From positions 124,739 to 188,738 of the forward strand of contig JAVYRX010000002.1 in assembly GCA_038729485.1 (NCBI GenBank): DNA of 64,000 bases. Reading direction: 5' to 3'. The translations under genes and the position numbers were made by a program. This document shows, piece after piece, positions 36,684-47,493 of the stretch. The DNA comes from Thermoplasmatales archaeon. GTDB lineage: Archaea > Thermoplasmatota > Thermoplasmata > Thermoplasmatales > GCA-001856825. Position 1 is the first letter of the stretch. Every line of letters starts with the position of its first letter. The notes beneath the pieces are model-generated. The model saw only the letters and a program-made list of their open reading frames with translations, was not told the origin of the DNA and ran no database searches.

Positions 36684-38345
36684 ATGCTTTCAGGACAGAT
36701 CCCTATCCTAGTTTTGAAGGAAGGTTCGACAAGAGAATCTGGAAAGGATGCACAAAGAAATAATATTGAAGCCGCTAAGGCCATTGCAGATACAGTTAAA
36801 TCGGCACTCGGACCCAAAGGGATGGACAAGATGCTTGTCGATTCCCTCGGCGACATAACGATTTCTAATGATGGAGCGACAATAATGAAGCAGATGGATG
36901 TTGACCATCCAACTGCGAAAATGATTGTGGAAATTGCAAAGGGCCAGGACCAAGAGGTCGGAGATGGGACAACCACAGCTGTAGTTCTTGCGGGTGAATT
37001 ACTAAAGCAGGCAGAAACGCTCCTTGATCAAAACGTCCATCCGACTGTCATAGCAAATGGTTATAAAATGGCATCAACCAAGAGTCTCGAAATACTTTCC
37101 AGCATTTCCGAGAAGAAGATTGATGATGACATGCTCAAGAACATTGCGAAGACCGCAATGACGGGAAAAAACGTTGGGGGTGTTACGGATTTCCTGGCCG
37201 AAATTGCCGTTAAGGGTGTTAAAAGTATAGTGGAAGAAAGGGACGGAAAGAAAGTAGTTGACGTAGACAACATCTTGGTTCAGAAGAAAATCGGAGGGGG
37301 GATAACTGATACCGAATTGATAGACGGTGTAGTTATAGATAAGGAAAAGGTTCATCCCAGGATGCCAACTGAAATTAAGGGATGCAAGATAGCACTTATG
37401 GACTCAGGCCTTGAAATTAAGAAAACCGAGATAGACGCGAAGGTACAAATAACAGATCCCAGTAAGATACAGGCCTTCTTGGATCAAGAGGAGGATACAC
37501 TGAGATCAATGGTTGAGAGGGTTAAAAAGACAGGAGCCAACGTTTTGATTAGCCAGAAAGGAATAGATGATCTCGCCCAGCATTTCCTAGCAAAGGAAGG
37601 AATATACGCAGTTAGGAGAGTAAAGAAAAGCGACATGGAAAAGCTGGCTAGGGCCACGGGGGCCAGGATCGTAACAAGTCTGGACGACCTCTCATCTAAA
37701 GACCTGGGGTCAGCTGAAAAGACAGAAGAGAGGAAGATAGGGGACGACAGATTGACATTCATAACTGGTTGCAAGTATCCAAAGTCCGTTTCGATCCTTA
37801 TTAGGGGCGGGACACAGCACACAGTTGACGAGGTCGAGAGGGCGCTTCATGATGCACTTAAGGTAGTGGGCGTAGCTATAGAAGACCAGTCATTCGTCAT
37901 TGGAGGTGGCGCTGTCGAAGCCGAGCTGGCATATCAGCTTAGGAAATACGCACCCAGCGTCGGCGGAAGGGAGCAACTGGCAATAGAGATGTTTTCGAAC
38001 GCACTCGAAGTTGTTCCACGGACTCTTGCGGAAAACGCCGGTATGGATCCGATTGATTCCCTTCTCAAGCTTCGGTCAGAGCATCAGAAAGGAAACAGGG
38101 CGATCGGAGTAGATGCTCTGTCTGGTACTGTTGCAGATCTCCTCAAGAAGAACGTGATAGAACCTACAAGGGTAAAGTCCCACGCTATTGAAAGCGCAAC
38201 AGAAGTGGCAACCATGATACTAAGGATAGACGACGTGATTTCATCTAAGAAGTCCAAGGGAGAAGCCCCGTCAGGGGGAATGGGCGGTGGAGCCCCAGGA
38301 ATGGGCGGCGGTCCCGAGGGTATGGGCGGAATGCCGCCGATGTAA
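36684..38345 (+). CDS. ths: Thermosome subunit (group II chaperonin)
   Basis: 553 aa with [19 protein letters not shown] and a C-terminal [13 protein letters not shown]...GGMPPM tail. Confidence 0.95.
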   Translation: MLSGQIPILVLKEGSTRESGKDAQRNNIEAAKAIADTVKSALGPKGMDKMLVDSLGDITISNDGATIMKQMDVDHPTAKMIVEIAKGQDQEVGDGTTTAVVLAGELLKQAETLLDQNVHPTVIANGYKMASTKSLEILSSISEKKIDDDMLKNIAKTAMTGKNVGGVTDFLAEIAVKGVKSIVEERDGKKVVDVDNILVQKKIGGGITDTELIDGVVIDKEKVHPRMPTEIKGCKIALMDSGLEIKKTEIDAKVQITDPSKIQAFLDQEEDTLRSMVERVKKTGANVLISQKGIDDLAQHFLAKEGIYAVRRVKKSDMEKLARATGARIVTSLDDLSSKDLGSAEKTEERKIGDDRLTFITGCKYPKSVSILIRGGTQHTVDEVERALHDALKVVGVAIEDQSFVIGGGAVEAELAYQLRKYAPSVGGREQLAIEMFSNALEVVPRTLAENAGMDPIDSLLKLRSEHQKGNRAIGVDALSGTVADLLKKNVIEPTRVKSHAIESATEVATMILRIDDVISSKKSKGEAPSGGMGGGAPGMGGGPEGMGGMPPM

Positions 38346-38357
38346 CGGGGCGATCCA

Positions 38358-39308
38358 GTGCAGCTCTTGATGGGGGAGGAGAAGCAAGAGATAGAGAAAC
38401 GCGACTTTGATCTCATAATAATAGGCGCTGGTGCCGCAGGGCTCTCAGCCGCCGTATATGCCTCTAGGTCTGGCGTTTCCAATATCGTCTTTGACGGCTC
38501 TGTTGCAGGGGGGCTTACGTTAGAGGCCCCTCTTGTTGAAAATTATCTTGGCTTTAGTGCCATACAAGGGACGGATCTTGCAAAGTCATTCGTCGATCAT
38601 GCGAGAAATTATACGAAGATACTTGACAATACGAAAGTGAATTCCATAAAGAAAGGGGAAAAATTTTACGTGGATACGGAAAAAGGACAATTCACCTCAA
38701 AAGCCGTCCTTTTTGCCACCGGAACTAAACACAAGCACCTTGGAATCCCCGGCGAAGAGAAATATTTCGGCAAGGGCGTCTCATACTGTAGTACGTGCGA
38801 TGGATGGCTTTACAAAAACAGGAAAGTTCTTGTGATCGGGGGAGGCAATTCTGGTGCCATTGCAGCTATTTCTTTGAAAAACATTGTATCAGAGGTAAAA
38901 ATATTCGAATTTATGCCCAGATACATGTGTGAAGATGCGTACGTGAAGCAGATAGAATCAATGGGTATAGAATACAAGAAGAACGTGCAGGTGACGGAAA
39001 TCTCTGGGGATGAAAAATCTTCCAAAACAGTAAAATTCAAGGACAGAAGCACGGGCAGGGAATATCAGGAAGAGTTCGATGGGATATTCATATACGTTGG
39101 CTTATCTCCACAGTCAGAACTCGCAAAATCGATAGGCGTTGAACTAAACGAGCGCGGATTCATAAAGGTAGACAGGAACATGAGAACGAACGTAGAAAGA
39201 GTGTACGCTGCTGGAGACGTTGCAGGTTCATTTGCACAGATAATCGTAGCTGCATCAGATGGCGCCATAGCTGCAGACTCCTGCTACAAGGATCTTTACA
39301 TGAAATAA
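38358..39308 (+). CDS. trxB: Thioredoxin-disulfide reductase
   Basis: It has IIIGAGAAG, redox-active CSTCDG and GGGNSG. The start is GTG 38358 or ATG 38370. Confidence 0.85.
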   Translation: MQLLMGEEKQEIEKRDFDLIIIGAGAAGLSAAVYASRSGVSNIVFDGSVAGGLTLEAPLVENYLGFSAIQGTDLAKSFVDHARNYTKILDNTKVNSIKKGEKFYVDTEKGQFTSKAVLFATGTKHKHLGIPGEEKYFGKGVSYCSTCDGWLYKNRKVLVIGGGNSGAIAAISLKNIVSEVKIFEFMPRYMCEDAYVKQIESMGIEYKKNVQVTEISGDEKSSKTVKFKDRSTGREYQEEFDGIFIYVGLSPQSELAKSIGVELNERGFIKVDRNMRTNVERVYAAGDVAGSFAQIIVAASDGAIAADSCYKDLYMK

Positions 39309-40489
39309 TGCTAATAAGAAATGTAAACGTAGCAACTCCACCAAACAGAGAGTACGTTGCAGGCAAAGCTTTAGACACCTTGGAAATACTTAAGAATCAA
39401 GACATAGAAATTGAGAATGGAAAGATAAAAAGCATAGAGGAAAGCTCGGAGAGTTCGGAACCCGACAACTGGGCCATACCTGCTTTTACAGACCCACACA
39501 CTCACCTTGTCTTTTGTGGCCTGAGAGAAAACGAAGTTGACCTGAGAAAAAGGTTGGGCTACGATGGGGTTTTGAAAGCAGGAGGTGGGATATACAGCAC
39601 AATTTCCGCAACAAGGGAATGCGATTTTGACGATCTTTACCTCGCTACGAGAAAAAGATTTACTGGCATGATGATGAACGGCACCTCGACCTTTGAATGC
39701 AAAACGGGGTATGGCCTTGATCTCGAATCTGAAGAGAAAAGCCTTCGCGTTATGGAAAAACTTGAACGTGAGCTTAACGTGACTATTAAGAAGACTCTTC
39801 TCGCCCATGTTCCCCCTCTCGGAGTTAGCGAAAATTCCTTCCTAAGAGATTTCACTAACATGATAGAAGAATTCAGCAAGAGGATAAACTACGTTGACGT
39901 CTTTGTAGATGATGGCGCATTCACCCCTGATTTTGCGTCTAAAGCCATAAGCTTTGCAAATTCCTTGGGGGTATCGGGGCGCGTACACCTTAACGAGATG
40001 AAGAACGTCGGTGGCATTTCAAGATTGCGGGGTCTTAATATTTCGTCAATGGATCACATGGTGGAAACCAAAGAAAGAGAAATAAACGATATAGAAGTTC
40101 CCGTAATACTGCTTCCCTATACTGCGTTAACGCTCGGGAAAAACGTCGGCATATTCAATGCGCTGAAGGACAGGGGGGTTATAACTTCCATCGGCTCTGA
40201 CTCTTCTCCCAACACGTATTTGACTTCTTTTCTGTTCGTGATATCTGTCGCAAGGCAATTAACACCTATGACGCTTGAAAACCTAATAAACATGGCAACG
40301 ATAAACTCAAGCTATACGCTCTCCCTTTCTAGAAGCACCGGCGGCATTCATGTAGGCAAGGAAGCAAACATAGTTTTGACAAAGGGAAGCTTCAGGAATA
40401 TTGGCTACAAGTTTGGGGAAGATCTCATAAAAGCTGTTTTTATCAAAGGTAAGAAATACCGAGGCTTAGAAACTGATTTAAGCAACTAG
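39308..40489 (+). CDS. hutI: Imidazolonepropionase-like amidohydrolase
   Basis: 393 aa with PAFTDPHTHLVF metal-binding start and a SIGSDSSPN C-terminal Asp region. No other hut genes are present in the window. Confidence 0.55.
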   Translation: MLIRNVNVATPPNREYVAGKALDTLEILKNQDIEIENGKIKSIEESSESSEPDNWAIPAFTDPHTHLVFCGLRENEVDLRKRLGYDGVLKAGGGIYSTISATRECDFDDLYLATRKRFTGMMMNGTSTFECKTGYGLDLESEEKSLRVMEKLERELNVTIKKTLLAHVPPLGVSENSFLRDFTNMIEEFSKRINYVDVFVDDGAFTPDFASKAISFANSLGVSGRVHLNEMKNVGGISRLRGLNISSMDHMVETKEREINDIEVPVILLPYTALTLGKNVGIFNALKDRGVITSIGSDSSPNTYLTSFLFVISVARQLTPMTLENLINMATINSSYTLSLSRSTGGIHVGKEANIVLTKGSFRNIGYKFGEDLIKAVFIKGKKYRGLETDLSN

Positions 40490-40502
40490 AAAATCAGGTA
40501 CT

Positions 40503-41750
40503 ATGAGTCTTCTCCCATTCTTCACTCTTAACGATTTTGACACAAACGGCAAGACCGTTCTACTCAGACTCGACATCAATTCTCCTATAGACCCCAGAAC
40601 AGGTAGTATACTTGACGATACAAGATTCAGGGCACATTTATCTACTATTGATTCCCTTTCAAGGTCAAAGGTCGTAATTCTGGCACACCAGAGCAGACCA
40701 GGGAAGGATGACTTCATTGGTCTCAAGACTCATGCCTCCCATCTTTCTAACATGATTGGGAGGAAAGTCAAATTTGTTCCCGGTCTTTTTGAGGAAAACG
40801 TTCTTGACGAGATAGACTCGGCTAGGATAGGGGACATACTTATGCTTGAGAATACTAGATTCTATTCTGAAGAAATCGTACTCGCAGATGAAAGCATTGA
40901 CGTCATAGAAAAAACACATATAGTTAGAAACCTGGTATCTCATGCTGATTATTTTGTAAATGACGCATTCGCTGCCGCACATAGAAGTAATGTAACTCTT
41001 GTTGGCTTTAGCAGACTGATGCCTAACATTGCAGGGAAATTAATGGAGGCGGAGGTTTCTGGAATTGAACGATTTTACTCCGTAAAAGAGGGAGCCAGGA
41101 TCGGAATATTTGGCGGATCTAAAGCAGACGATTCCATTAAAATAATAGAAAGAATGTTGAACGAGGGAAAGGTAGACAGAGTTGCTACTGGAGGATTGGT
41201 GGGCCACATATTCCTCATTGCTAGCGGCGTCGACATGGGAAGAAAAAACGAGGAGATTCTTTCTAAAGAAGTCGGTGACTATGGGCCATCCGTAGAGAAG
41301 GCACAGAAGATACTTGAGAAACATGGAGACAAGATAATGATGCCAGTAGACTTTGTTGGTAACGATAACGGAAAACCGAAACATTATACAATTGCCAACT
41401 TCAGGAAGGATATACCGGCAATGGATATCGGAGTTAATACAATTGCCAATTATGTTACTGCCATAAAAGACTCTAGTGCAATAATGCTCAACGGTCCAAT
41501 GGGCGTTTTCGAACTGGAAGATTTTGCATCAGGGACAGAAGAAGTTTTTGTTGCTGTTGCAAGATCCAGAGGTTACAAAGTTGCCGGTGGTGGACATACC
41601 CTTGCAGCCCTTGAGCGTTTGGGAATAACGGAGAAGAACGTTCAGCATATATCCACTGGTGGGGGGGCGTTAATAAGCTTTCTCGCGGGTGAAAAAATGC
41701 CTGGAATAGAGTCTTTGACCTTATCTAAGAAAAAGTTTGGAGGTAATTGA
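40503..41750 (+). CDS. pgk: Phosphoglycerate kinase
   Basis: 415 aa with the N-terminal GKTVLLRLDINSP, AHRSN and a C-terminal STGGGA. Confidence 0.9.
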   Translation: MSLLPFFTLNDFDTNGKTVLLRLDINSPIDPRTGSILDDTRFRAHLSTIDSLSRSKVVILAHQSRPGKDDFIGLKTHASHLSNMIGRKVKFVPGLFEENVLDEIDSARIGDILMLENTRFYSEEIVLADESIDVIEKTHIVRNLVSHADYFVNDAFAAAHRSNVTLVGFSRLMPNIAGKLMEAEVSGIERFYSVKEGARIGIFGGSKADDSIKIIERMLNEGKVDRVATGGLVGHIFLIASGVDMGRKNEEILSKEVGDYGPSVEKAQKILEKHGDKIMMPVDFVGNDNGKPKHYTIANFRKDIPAMDIGVNTIANYVTAIKDSSAIMLNGPMGVFELEDFASGTEEVFVAVARSRGYKVAGGGHTLAALERLGITEKNVQHISTGGGALISFLAGEKMPGIESLTLSKKKFGGN

Positions 41751-42156
41751 ATTGTCACAAGATTCAAGAATTAACGAGATAGCGTATGGAATGGAAGTAA
41801 TAAGAGAACAGATGGAAGAGATCGAGGAGCGGAATAAATCTCTAACTCAGTTGCTTCAAGATCTACTTGTCACGTCTGAGTTCCTTAAGAACATACAGAT
41901 GGTAGAGGGCAATTCCATGATACCTATAGGAAGAGGCCTTTATGTTGAAGCGGAAATCAAGGACAAAGAAAGGGTGCTTGTAAGCCTCGGGTCAAACGCT
42001 TACAAAAAGGCAAAGATAGATGACGCCCTAAAAATAATAGAGGAGAGGAGGAAAGACGTCACAAACGCAATAGAGAAGAACAACAACCTTCAGGATGACC
42101 TGCAGACGAGGTACGCACAGTTAGAGCAATACCTGAACAATTTATACAAGAAGTGA
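41737..42156 (+). CDS. pfdA: Prefoldin alpha subunit
   Basis: 139 aa with coiled coils flanking the beta-hairpin region IPIGRGLYVEAEI. Confidence 0.7.
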   Translation: MEVIELSQDSRINEIAYGMEVIREQMEEIEERNKSLTQLLQDLLVTSEFLKNIQMVEGNSMIPIGRGLYVEAEIKDKERVLVSLGSNAYKKAKIDDALKIIEERRKDVTNAIEKNNNLQDDLQTRYAQLEQYLNNLYKK

Positions 42157-42160
42157 GGAA

Positions 42161-43075
42161 ATGTTTGAGAAACTTAAAGAGCTCTTCGGCATAAGACAAA
42201 AGAGTGAGGAGCATAGTGATTCTGGGGATATCGTTTCCAGTGCAGCCGCCCTGAAGGACCCAGACGACATTTCATCCAATCTGAAAATCTCCCTCATACA
42301 GGCAGACGTCGTATTACCGGTAGCAGACGAGATTTCCGATACTCTCTACAAAAAGATTAAGGAGGGGAGAATAAAACTTCGCGGAAACAGGGATGCAGTG
42401 CTTAGGGAAGCCATTCGGGACACGATAACGGAAGTGGCGAGCGTTCCTTCCGTGAATCTCATTGATCTCTCAGAAAAGAAATCTCCATTCGTGATACTTT
42501 TCGTAGGAATGAACGGCACAGGAAAGACGACTACAATAGCAAAGCTGGGAGACATGTTCAAGTCAATGGGGAAATACGTTGTGATTGCAGCGTCTGATAC
42601 TTTCAGGGCAGGTGCGATAGAACAAATAGCAATACATGGAGATAAGATTGGGGTCAAGGTAATAAAGCATCAAGCCAAGGGAGATCCTGCAGCTGTCGCA
42701 TTCGATGCCGTAAAACACGCCTCTAAATTCCAGAATTCGGTAGTTTTGATAGATACTGCCGGAAGAATGCAGACAAACAAAAATCTTCTCGAGGAAATGA
42801 AAAAAATAAAGAGGACGTCCTTGCCAGACTTTACAATTCTGACTATAGATGCCCTCGCTGGCGCCGACGTACTCAACCAGGCCAGACTTTTTGACGAGGC
42901 AGTAGGGATTGATGGTTACATAGTTACAAAAATAGATTCCGATGCAAAAGGGGGGAGCATCATATCTCTCCTTGCAGAAACAAAGAAACCCATACTGTTC
43001 ATAGGTACTGGTCAGGCATACACAGATCTGGTTCCTTTTACAATAGACTGGTATTTGAACAAGTTACTTACCTAA
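42161..43075 (+). CDS. ftsY: Signal recognition particle receptor FtsY
   Basis: GMNGTGKTTTIAKL, DTAGR and TKIDSDAKGG (SRP GTPase motifs). Confidence 0.9.
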   Translation: MFEKLKELFGIRQKSEEHSDSGDIVSSAAALKDPDDISSNLKISLIQADVVLPVADEISDTLYKKIKEGRIKLRGNRDAVLREAIRDTITEVASVPSVNLIDLSEKKSPFVILFVGMNGTGKTTTIAKLGDMFKSMGKYVVIAASDTFRAGAIEQIAIHGDKIGVKVIKHQAKGDPAAVAFDAVKHASKFQNSVVLIDTAGRMQTNKNLLEEMKKIKRTSLPDFTILTIDALAGADVLNQARLFDEAVGIDGYIVTKIDSDAKGGSIISLLAETKKPILFIGTGQAYTDLVPFTIDWYLNKLLT

Positions 43076-43791
43076 ACTTCCTTGAGCTTCTCCTTTATTT
43101 CTGAAGGAGACAAATCGGTGGTTATGAGTGGTATTTTTTCGACCTCTGCAAGCTTCACCGCCAGCGGATCTACCCTTTTTGGCTGTATATAAACAACAAC
43201 TGCAGGCTTAATGGGGTGAACTCTCACTGCAATCATCGGAGATCTTCCAAACTCAACGTTGGTAAAGAAAAGCGCGCGCTCAGTGGTCCACCCATAAACC
43301 TTGAAATAGTCAAAGGATGTCAGTTTTAAAATAGCGTTGAGAGAATCTAAGATTGTGTATCCTCTAATGCTCCTCCTCTTTACATCAATTTTACTGACAA
43401 GAGTTCCGTGAATCAATCGTATGAACTTTTCAATTTCAACGTCGTAGAAGAATTCTTTAATATCTATTATAACGTCTTTGTCTGTGCCAAGGGAATACTT
43501 TAGCCTAATGGGGCTCCCCCTTTCTTCATCTATTTCAAGCATTGCATGTACTAAACTTTTTAAGAATTGAGATCCTGGGGATTTCCTCCTGCCCGTTTCA
43601 TAATCGCTAATTACAGAAGTATTAACGTGCATCTTGTTGGAAAGCTCCTTCTGCGTTACGTTGAACTCCTCTCTCCATTTCCTAATGGTCTTACCTGGAT
43701 CGTTGGACATTACAATTTCTCCGGAAATGTTAAACATGATCGTTTCTGAAACATCCTCTATCTCTTCGTTCACGCTAAAGTAATTAAGCAA
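43072..43791 (-). CDS. XRE-type HTH transcriptional regulator with an archaeal C-terminal domain (COG1395-like)
   Basis: IRKWREEFNVTQKELSNKMHVNTSVISDYETGRR is a classic HTH_3. The start may be an internal Met. Confidence 0.6.
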   Translation of the reverse strand: MLNYFSVNEEIEDVSETIMFNISGEIVMSNDPGKTIRKWREEFNVTQKELSNKMHVNTSVISDYETGRRKSPGSQFLKSLVHAMLEIDEERGSPIRLKYSLGTDKDVIIDIKEFFYDVEIEKFIRLIHGTLVSKIDVKRRSIRGYTILDSLNAILKLTSFDYFKVYGWTTERALFFTNVEFGRSPMIAVRVHPIKPAVVVYIQPKRVDPLAVKLAEVEKIPLITTDLSPSEIKEKLKEV

Positions 43792-43824
43792 ATGTTTTTA
43801 AATCCTTTGAAATAGAGAGTCCTT

Positions 43825-43899
43825 GGGCTTGTGGGGTAGACTGGTCCATCCTTTCGGCTTCGGGAGTCGAAGACTCCGGTTCAAATCCGGACAAGCCCA
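43825..43899 (+). tRNA. tRNA-Pro (anticodon CGG)
   Basis: Acceptor GGGCTTG/CAAGCCC, anticodon stem TCGGC/GTCGA with loop TTCGGGA (G37), and T arm TCCGG-TTCAAAT-CCGGA. Confidence 0.85.
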
Positions 43900-44026
43900 T
43901 CTAAAAATACAGGCAAATCTTATCAGTAAAGTGTCAAGAGCCAATTTCCAGCTGATGCAGATATTTACAGGGGATAATTAAACGGTATTATATTTTCAGC
44001 CAAGTAGGAAAAGGTCATTTTCTCCT

Positions 44027-44432
44027 TATCCTCCTTCTTTAGCATTTGCAATAATATTTACTCTCCCTTCAATTTCTGTCTTAAATTCTTGTAGAGAATA
44101 AATAGGTATATTATTCATTTGAATACCTAACTCCCCATAAGCATCCGAAACAACTGCAAGGACAACACGTCTGTAATGAATTTTCCCAGATTTACGGTTT
44201 CTTTCTTTAGGCTGAACTTGGCATCACTTCTACGGCAATAATTGGATAACAGAATTCCTTAGCGTAATCAAATCTTTCGATAGAACGACCAACCCAACCT
44301 GCAACATCAACTTTAGTTTGTCTTCCATATTCCTCTTTTTAATATCCATAACCACTGCTTGCGTAGGGATTTTTTCTCTTTTCCTCCTTTCCGGCTGTAA
44401 TAATCGCATTTAGCATTTTCAAAAAACATCCG
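44027..44432 (-). pseudogene. Decayed PD-(D/E)XK nuclease-like gene fragment
   Basis: Minus-strand hand translation: ...GYGY*KEEYGRQTKVDVAGWVGRSIERFDYAKEFCYPIIAVEVMPSSA*. A frameshift follows into ERNRKSGKIHYRRVVLAVVSDAYGELGIQMNNIPIYSLQEF... The pattern D...(I)AVEV(K->M) resembles a resolvase or restriction-nuclease core. Confidence 0.25.
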
Positions 44433-45299
44433 CATAAGCCTCTAACCCAATAGAATTTAGGTACTACACTATCCTACTCTTGACATAGATGTGCCCTTTA
44501 GATTGTGCCAATTTTATTTGTTTCCCTTTATTCGATTTAATTCCACAGTTTATCGATCTGCCCACACTTTTTTCTGGTAACGCGTGAATCGTTTCTCTCC
44601 ATAATAATTTTTATCGTTTATTTTTACGTCAAGAGGCCATCCAGATTCTGATTACCAAGATAATTTTCTAAAACTTGTGATCTACTCCATATATAATCTT
44701 TTAATGTTATTTTTCTGCGTTCAGTCCCCGCATAAAGTTTCTTTAACATATTTAGGGAGAGAATATTCTAATCAATTAGTGGGGGAAGAAACACGATAGA
44801 AAATTATGAGCTATTACACTACCAGTAAGGTTTTGAAACTATATTGGCCTCATTAATGATTCACTTCTTCAAATAAAAGATGTATTAAGGATCGTTTGGC
44901 GCGGACGAAAAAGAGTAAAAAAAATTCAATCACGTGGTATACAAAGCGACAAATTTAAGTATAGAATAAATAGTATTATTTAAGTAACAATCTAAGGAAA
45001 TTATTGCCATCAGACAACAAGACGATCCAGAAAATACTAGAATTTATGATTTAGAAAGCCTAAATGATGCGGCGATGATCATGATAATATTGGATGGATT
45101 AAGTCCTGTATATATAAATGTCACATTAAAGAAGACTAATTAGATCGCAATATCATTCTTCCGCATACTTGGTCGAGAATCCCGAGAAGTTGCTGAAAAT
45201 GCAATCTCTTTTCGCAGACTAAAGGTTAAGAAAAGAAACGCAGCTTGTGAAATCAGGTCAAGGGTGACTTCTGATTGATATAGTTGCTATAATCCAGGG

Positions 45300-46583
45300 C
45301 TAATGCATCGTAGTTACAATTTCAGCTTCCTTTTCTTCAGGAAGTCTGATATTTCTAAACCAATAGTAGAACAGAGCAATTGAAATTATGTATAAAATCG
45401 ATGCCATATAGAATGGAAGGTCATATTCCTTCTGTTTAAGCATTATGGACCCTAGATAGGACGAAAACGAATTTGGCATCCTGAAAAATATACTTGTTAT
45501 TCCTGACGCCATCCCCCTTTGATTACTCGTAATGATTCCCATTATAAGAGAGGTGGACAGAGGACCAGAAACATTCATAAGAAGGGAACGAACAATGAAA
45601 AAGGTCGCGGATAGTGCAAAATTTTTGGCTAAAGGTATTAGAACCATAAATACGGTAGAAGAAAGCATAGTCACGACCATCGCATTTATCAATCCCATCC
45701 TTCTCCCTAGCGCTGGTGCAATCAACGCGGAAAGCGCAATGACCGCTCCGGAGATGCCCAATATCGGTCCGCTAATTGTATCAGGAACGAGGAATTTGTA
45801 ATTGAACCACTGACTCATCAATGGGATAAATAGCCCTGCACCTACTGCTATGCCAAGATTTGATACTACGTACTTTGACAAGATTTCCTTTGATTCTGAG
45901 GTCATATTTTCTTTCTCTTTACGAGCTATTTTTATTCTATTCTCTGAAATACCCACGAAAAACGCCGTGGACGCTACCGTAGCTATCCCTAGTGAGATGT
46001 ATAGCAATAGATGCGCATTCAATGTGCTTACCCCTAGCATGGAAAGGGGAGATATCAGGTATAGCATGAATCCTCCACATGCCCAAGCTCCGTTCAGGAC
46101 AAGGGAATTAAAAGAAAATGCAGCCGTCCTTTTCTCTGATGAAGATAACTCAGACAACATGGCCCCCTGTGAGCTGGTAAATGCAGCATCGCCAACCCCT
46201 ATTATTAAGGCCGCAAGAATAAGCAGGGAAAGAGAGATAGAAAAAGAAAGTACCAGTACTCCTAAACCCAGTGCAACATTTCCGTATACGATAATGGCCT
46301 TCCGCCCCCTTTTGTCTGAAACTATTCCAAGAGGAATTGAAAGGGCCGAAGCACTTATACCTTCGATTGTAAAGAGAAGACCCGCGTATACTATCGAAAT
46401 TCCTCTAACAGTATGAAGAAAATACGAAAGATCCGTAAATACAAGACCAAGGGCAAGGTTTCCAAACAAACTGCCAACTATGAGGCGCTTCGCGTTTCTA
46501 GAAAGACCGGAAAAATCGGAAAGGAATCTCTTATTATTTTGCAAAGTTAAACACCGCTGATTGATGATTCGATAATACGCCAC
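45300..46583 (-). CDS. MFS transporter
   Basis: 427 aa with about 12 hydrophobic segments and an MFS loop motif GIVSDKRGRK between TM2 and TM3. Confidence 0.75.
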   Translation of the reverse strand: MAYYRIINQRCLTLQNNKRFLSDFSGLSRNAKRLIVGSLFGNLALGLVFTDLSYFLHTVRGISIVYAGLLFTIEGISASALSIPLGIVSDKRGRKAIIVYGNVALGLGVLVLSFSISLSLLILAALIIGVGDAAFTSSQGAMLSELSSSEKRTAAFSFNSLVLNGAWACGGFMLYLISPLSMLGVSTLNAHLLLYISLGIATVASTAFFVGISENRIKIARKEKENMTSESKEILSKYVVSNLGIAVGAGLFIPLMSQWFNYKFLVPDTISGPILGISGAVIALSALIAPALGRRMGLINAMVVTMLSSTVFMVLIPLAKNFALSATFFIVRSLLMNVSGPLSTSLIMGIITSNQRGMASGITSIFFRMPNSFSSYLGSIMLKQKEYDLPFYMASILYIISIALFYYWFRNIRLPEEKEAEIVTTMH

Positions 46584-46785
46584 GGTATGAATACCCCGGA
46601 CAATGACAGGATAATATCGGATTGAGCCTCATAAACCTCTATCCAATCGAAAATTTAAGTTTTCCATGTTCACTTGTAATATTTATCAAAGGGTCTTGTT
46701 ACAGAGAAGTTTTGAAACTTATTTTTCCCAGATTTCATTAGGGATAAGTTTTTTGTGATACTCTTACCTATTTTAAATCGATGGG

Positions 46786-47142
46786 GTGACGGCAATGAAG
46801 ATAGACGACGTTTATAAAATGAAAGGTGTTCTGGCGGTGGGAGAATTTGACCAAAATGGGAGACTCATTATGTTCAAAAGCGATCAATTGAATCCAGTTC
46901 AGGCTGATTCAACGGCGAGACTCAGTGGTTCTCTCTTTTCGTTGCTTTCAAGCATATTTTCAATATATTCAATGTATTGCGGCATTCCTATTGAACAAGT
47001 AAACGAAATGATTTTCAGAGGCCGGGAAGTTTCACTAGTCTTGGTTTCAGGAAGCCATCGGGACGCAGGTGCATTTTTTAGGTCTGACACCATTGATTCT
47101 GAGGTACTCATTCAAACTCTTAAGGAATACTGCTCTGAGTAA
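46786..47142 (+). CDS. Small protein, possibly Roadblock/LC7-like (DUF2173-like)
   Basis: 118 aa with a GTG start. The N-terminal GVLAVGEFDQNGRLI resembles the Roadblock/MglB-like pattern. The recognition is weak. Confidence 0.35.
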   Translation: MTAMKIDDVYKMKGVLAVGEFDQNGRLIMFKSDQLNPVQADSTARLSGSLFSLLSSIFSIYSMYCGIPIEQVNEMIFRGREVSLVLVSGSHRDAGAFFRSDTIDSEVLIQTLKEYCSE

Positions 47143-47493
47143 TTACGACAAAATGCTGAGACAATAGATACAACGCATTTCGTAACCTTATTTTTCAGAT
47201 ATTATATTACGAGAAGAAATGCTCCGTATTTCAATTCGTTAGCACTATCCTTCAACATAGGCTATGCACTGACGACTTTGAAAATATTCAAATTACGGTC
47301 ACTGGAGTCTAACACGACGAATGAACCCTAATGTTGGAAATCATGTCATATGACTGCTCTCTGAATTGTTAACTTTATAGAACAATAACGTGGAAGACCT
47401 TAGCTCGTGAAGTTCATAGATGCGGCACAATTTCTTTTATGCTCTTACACGGTGCGATCTCCTACAGATCCTACATACACATATTTCTCGAAT

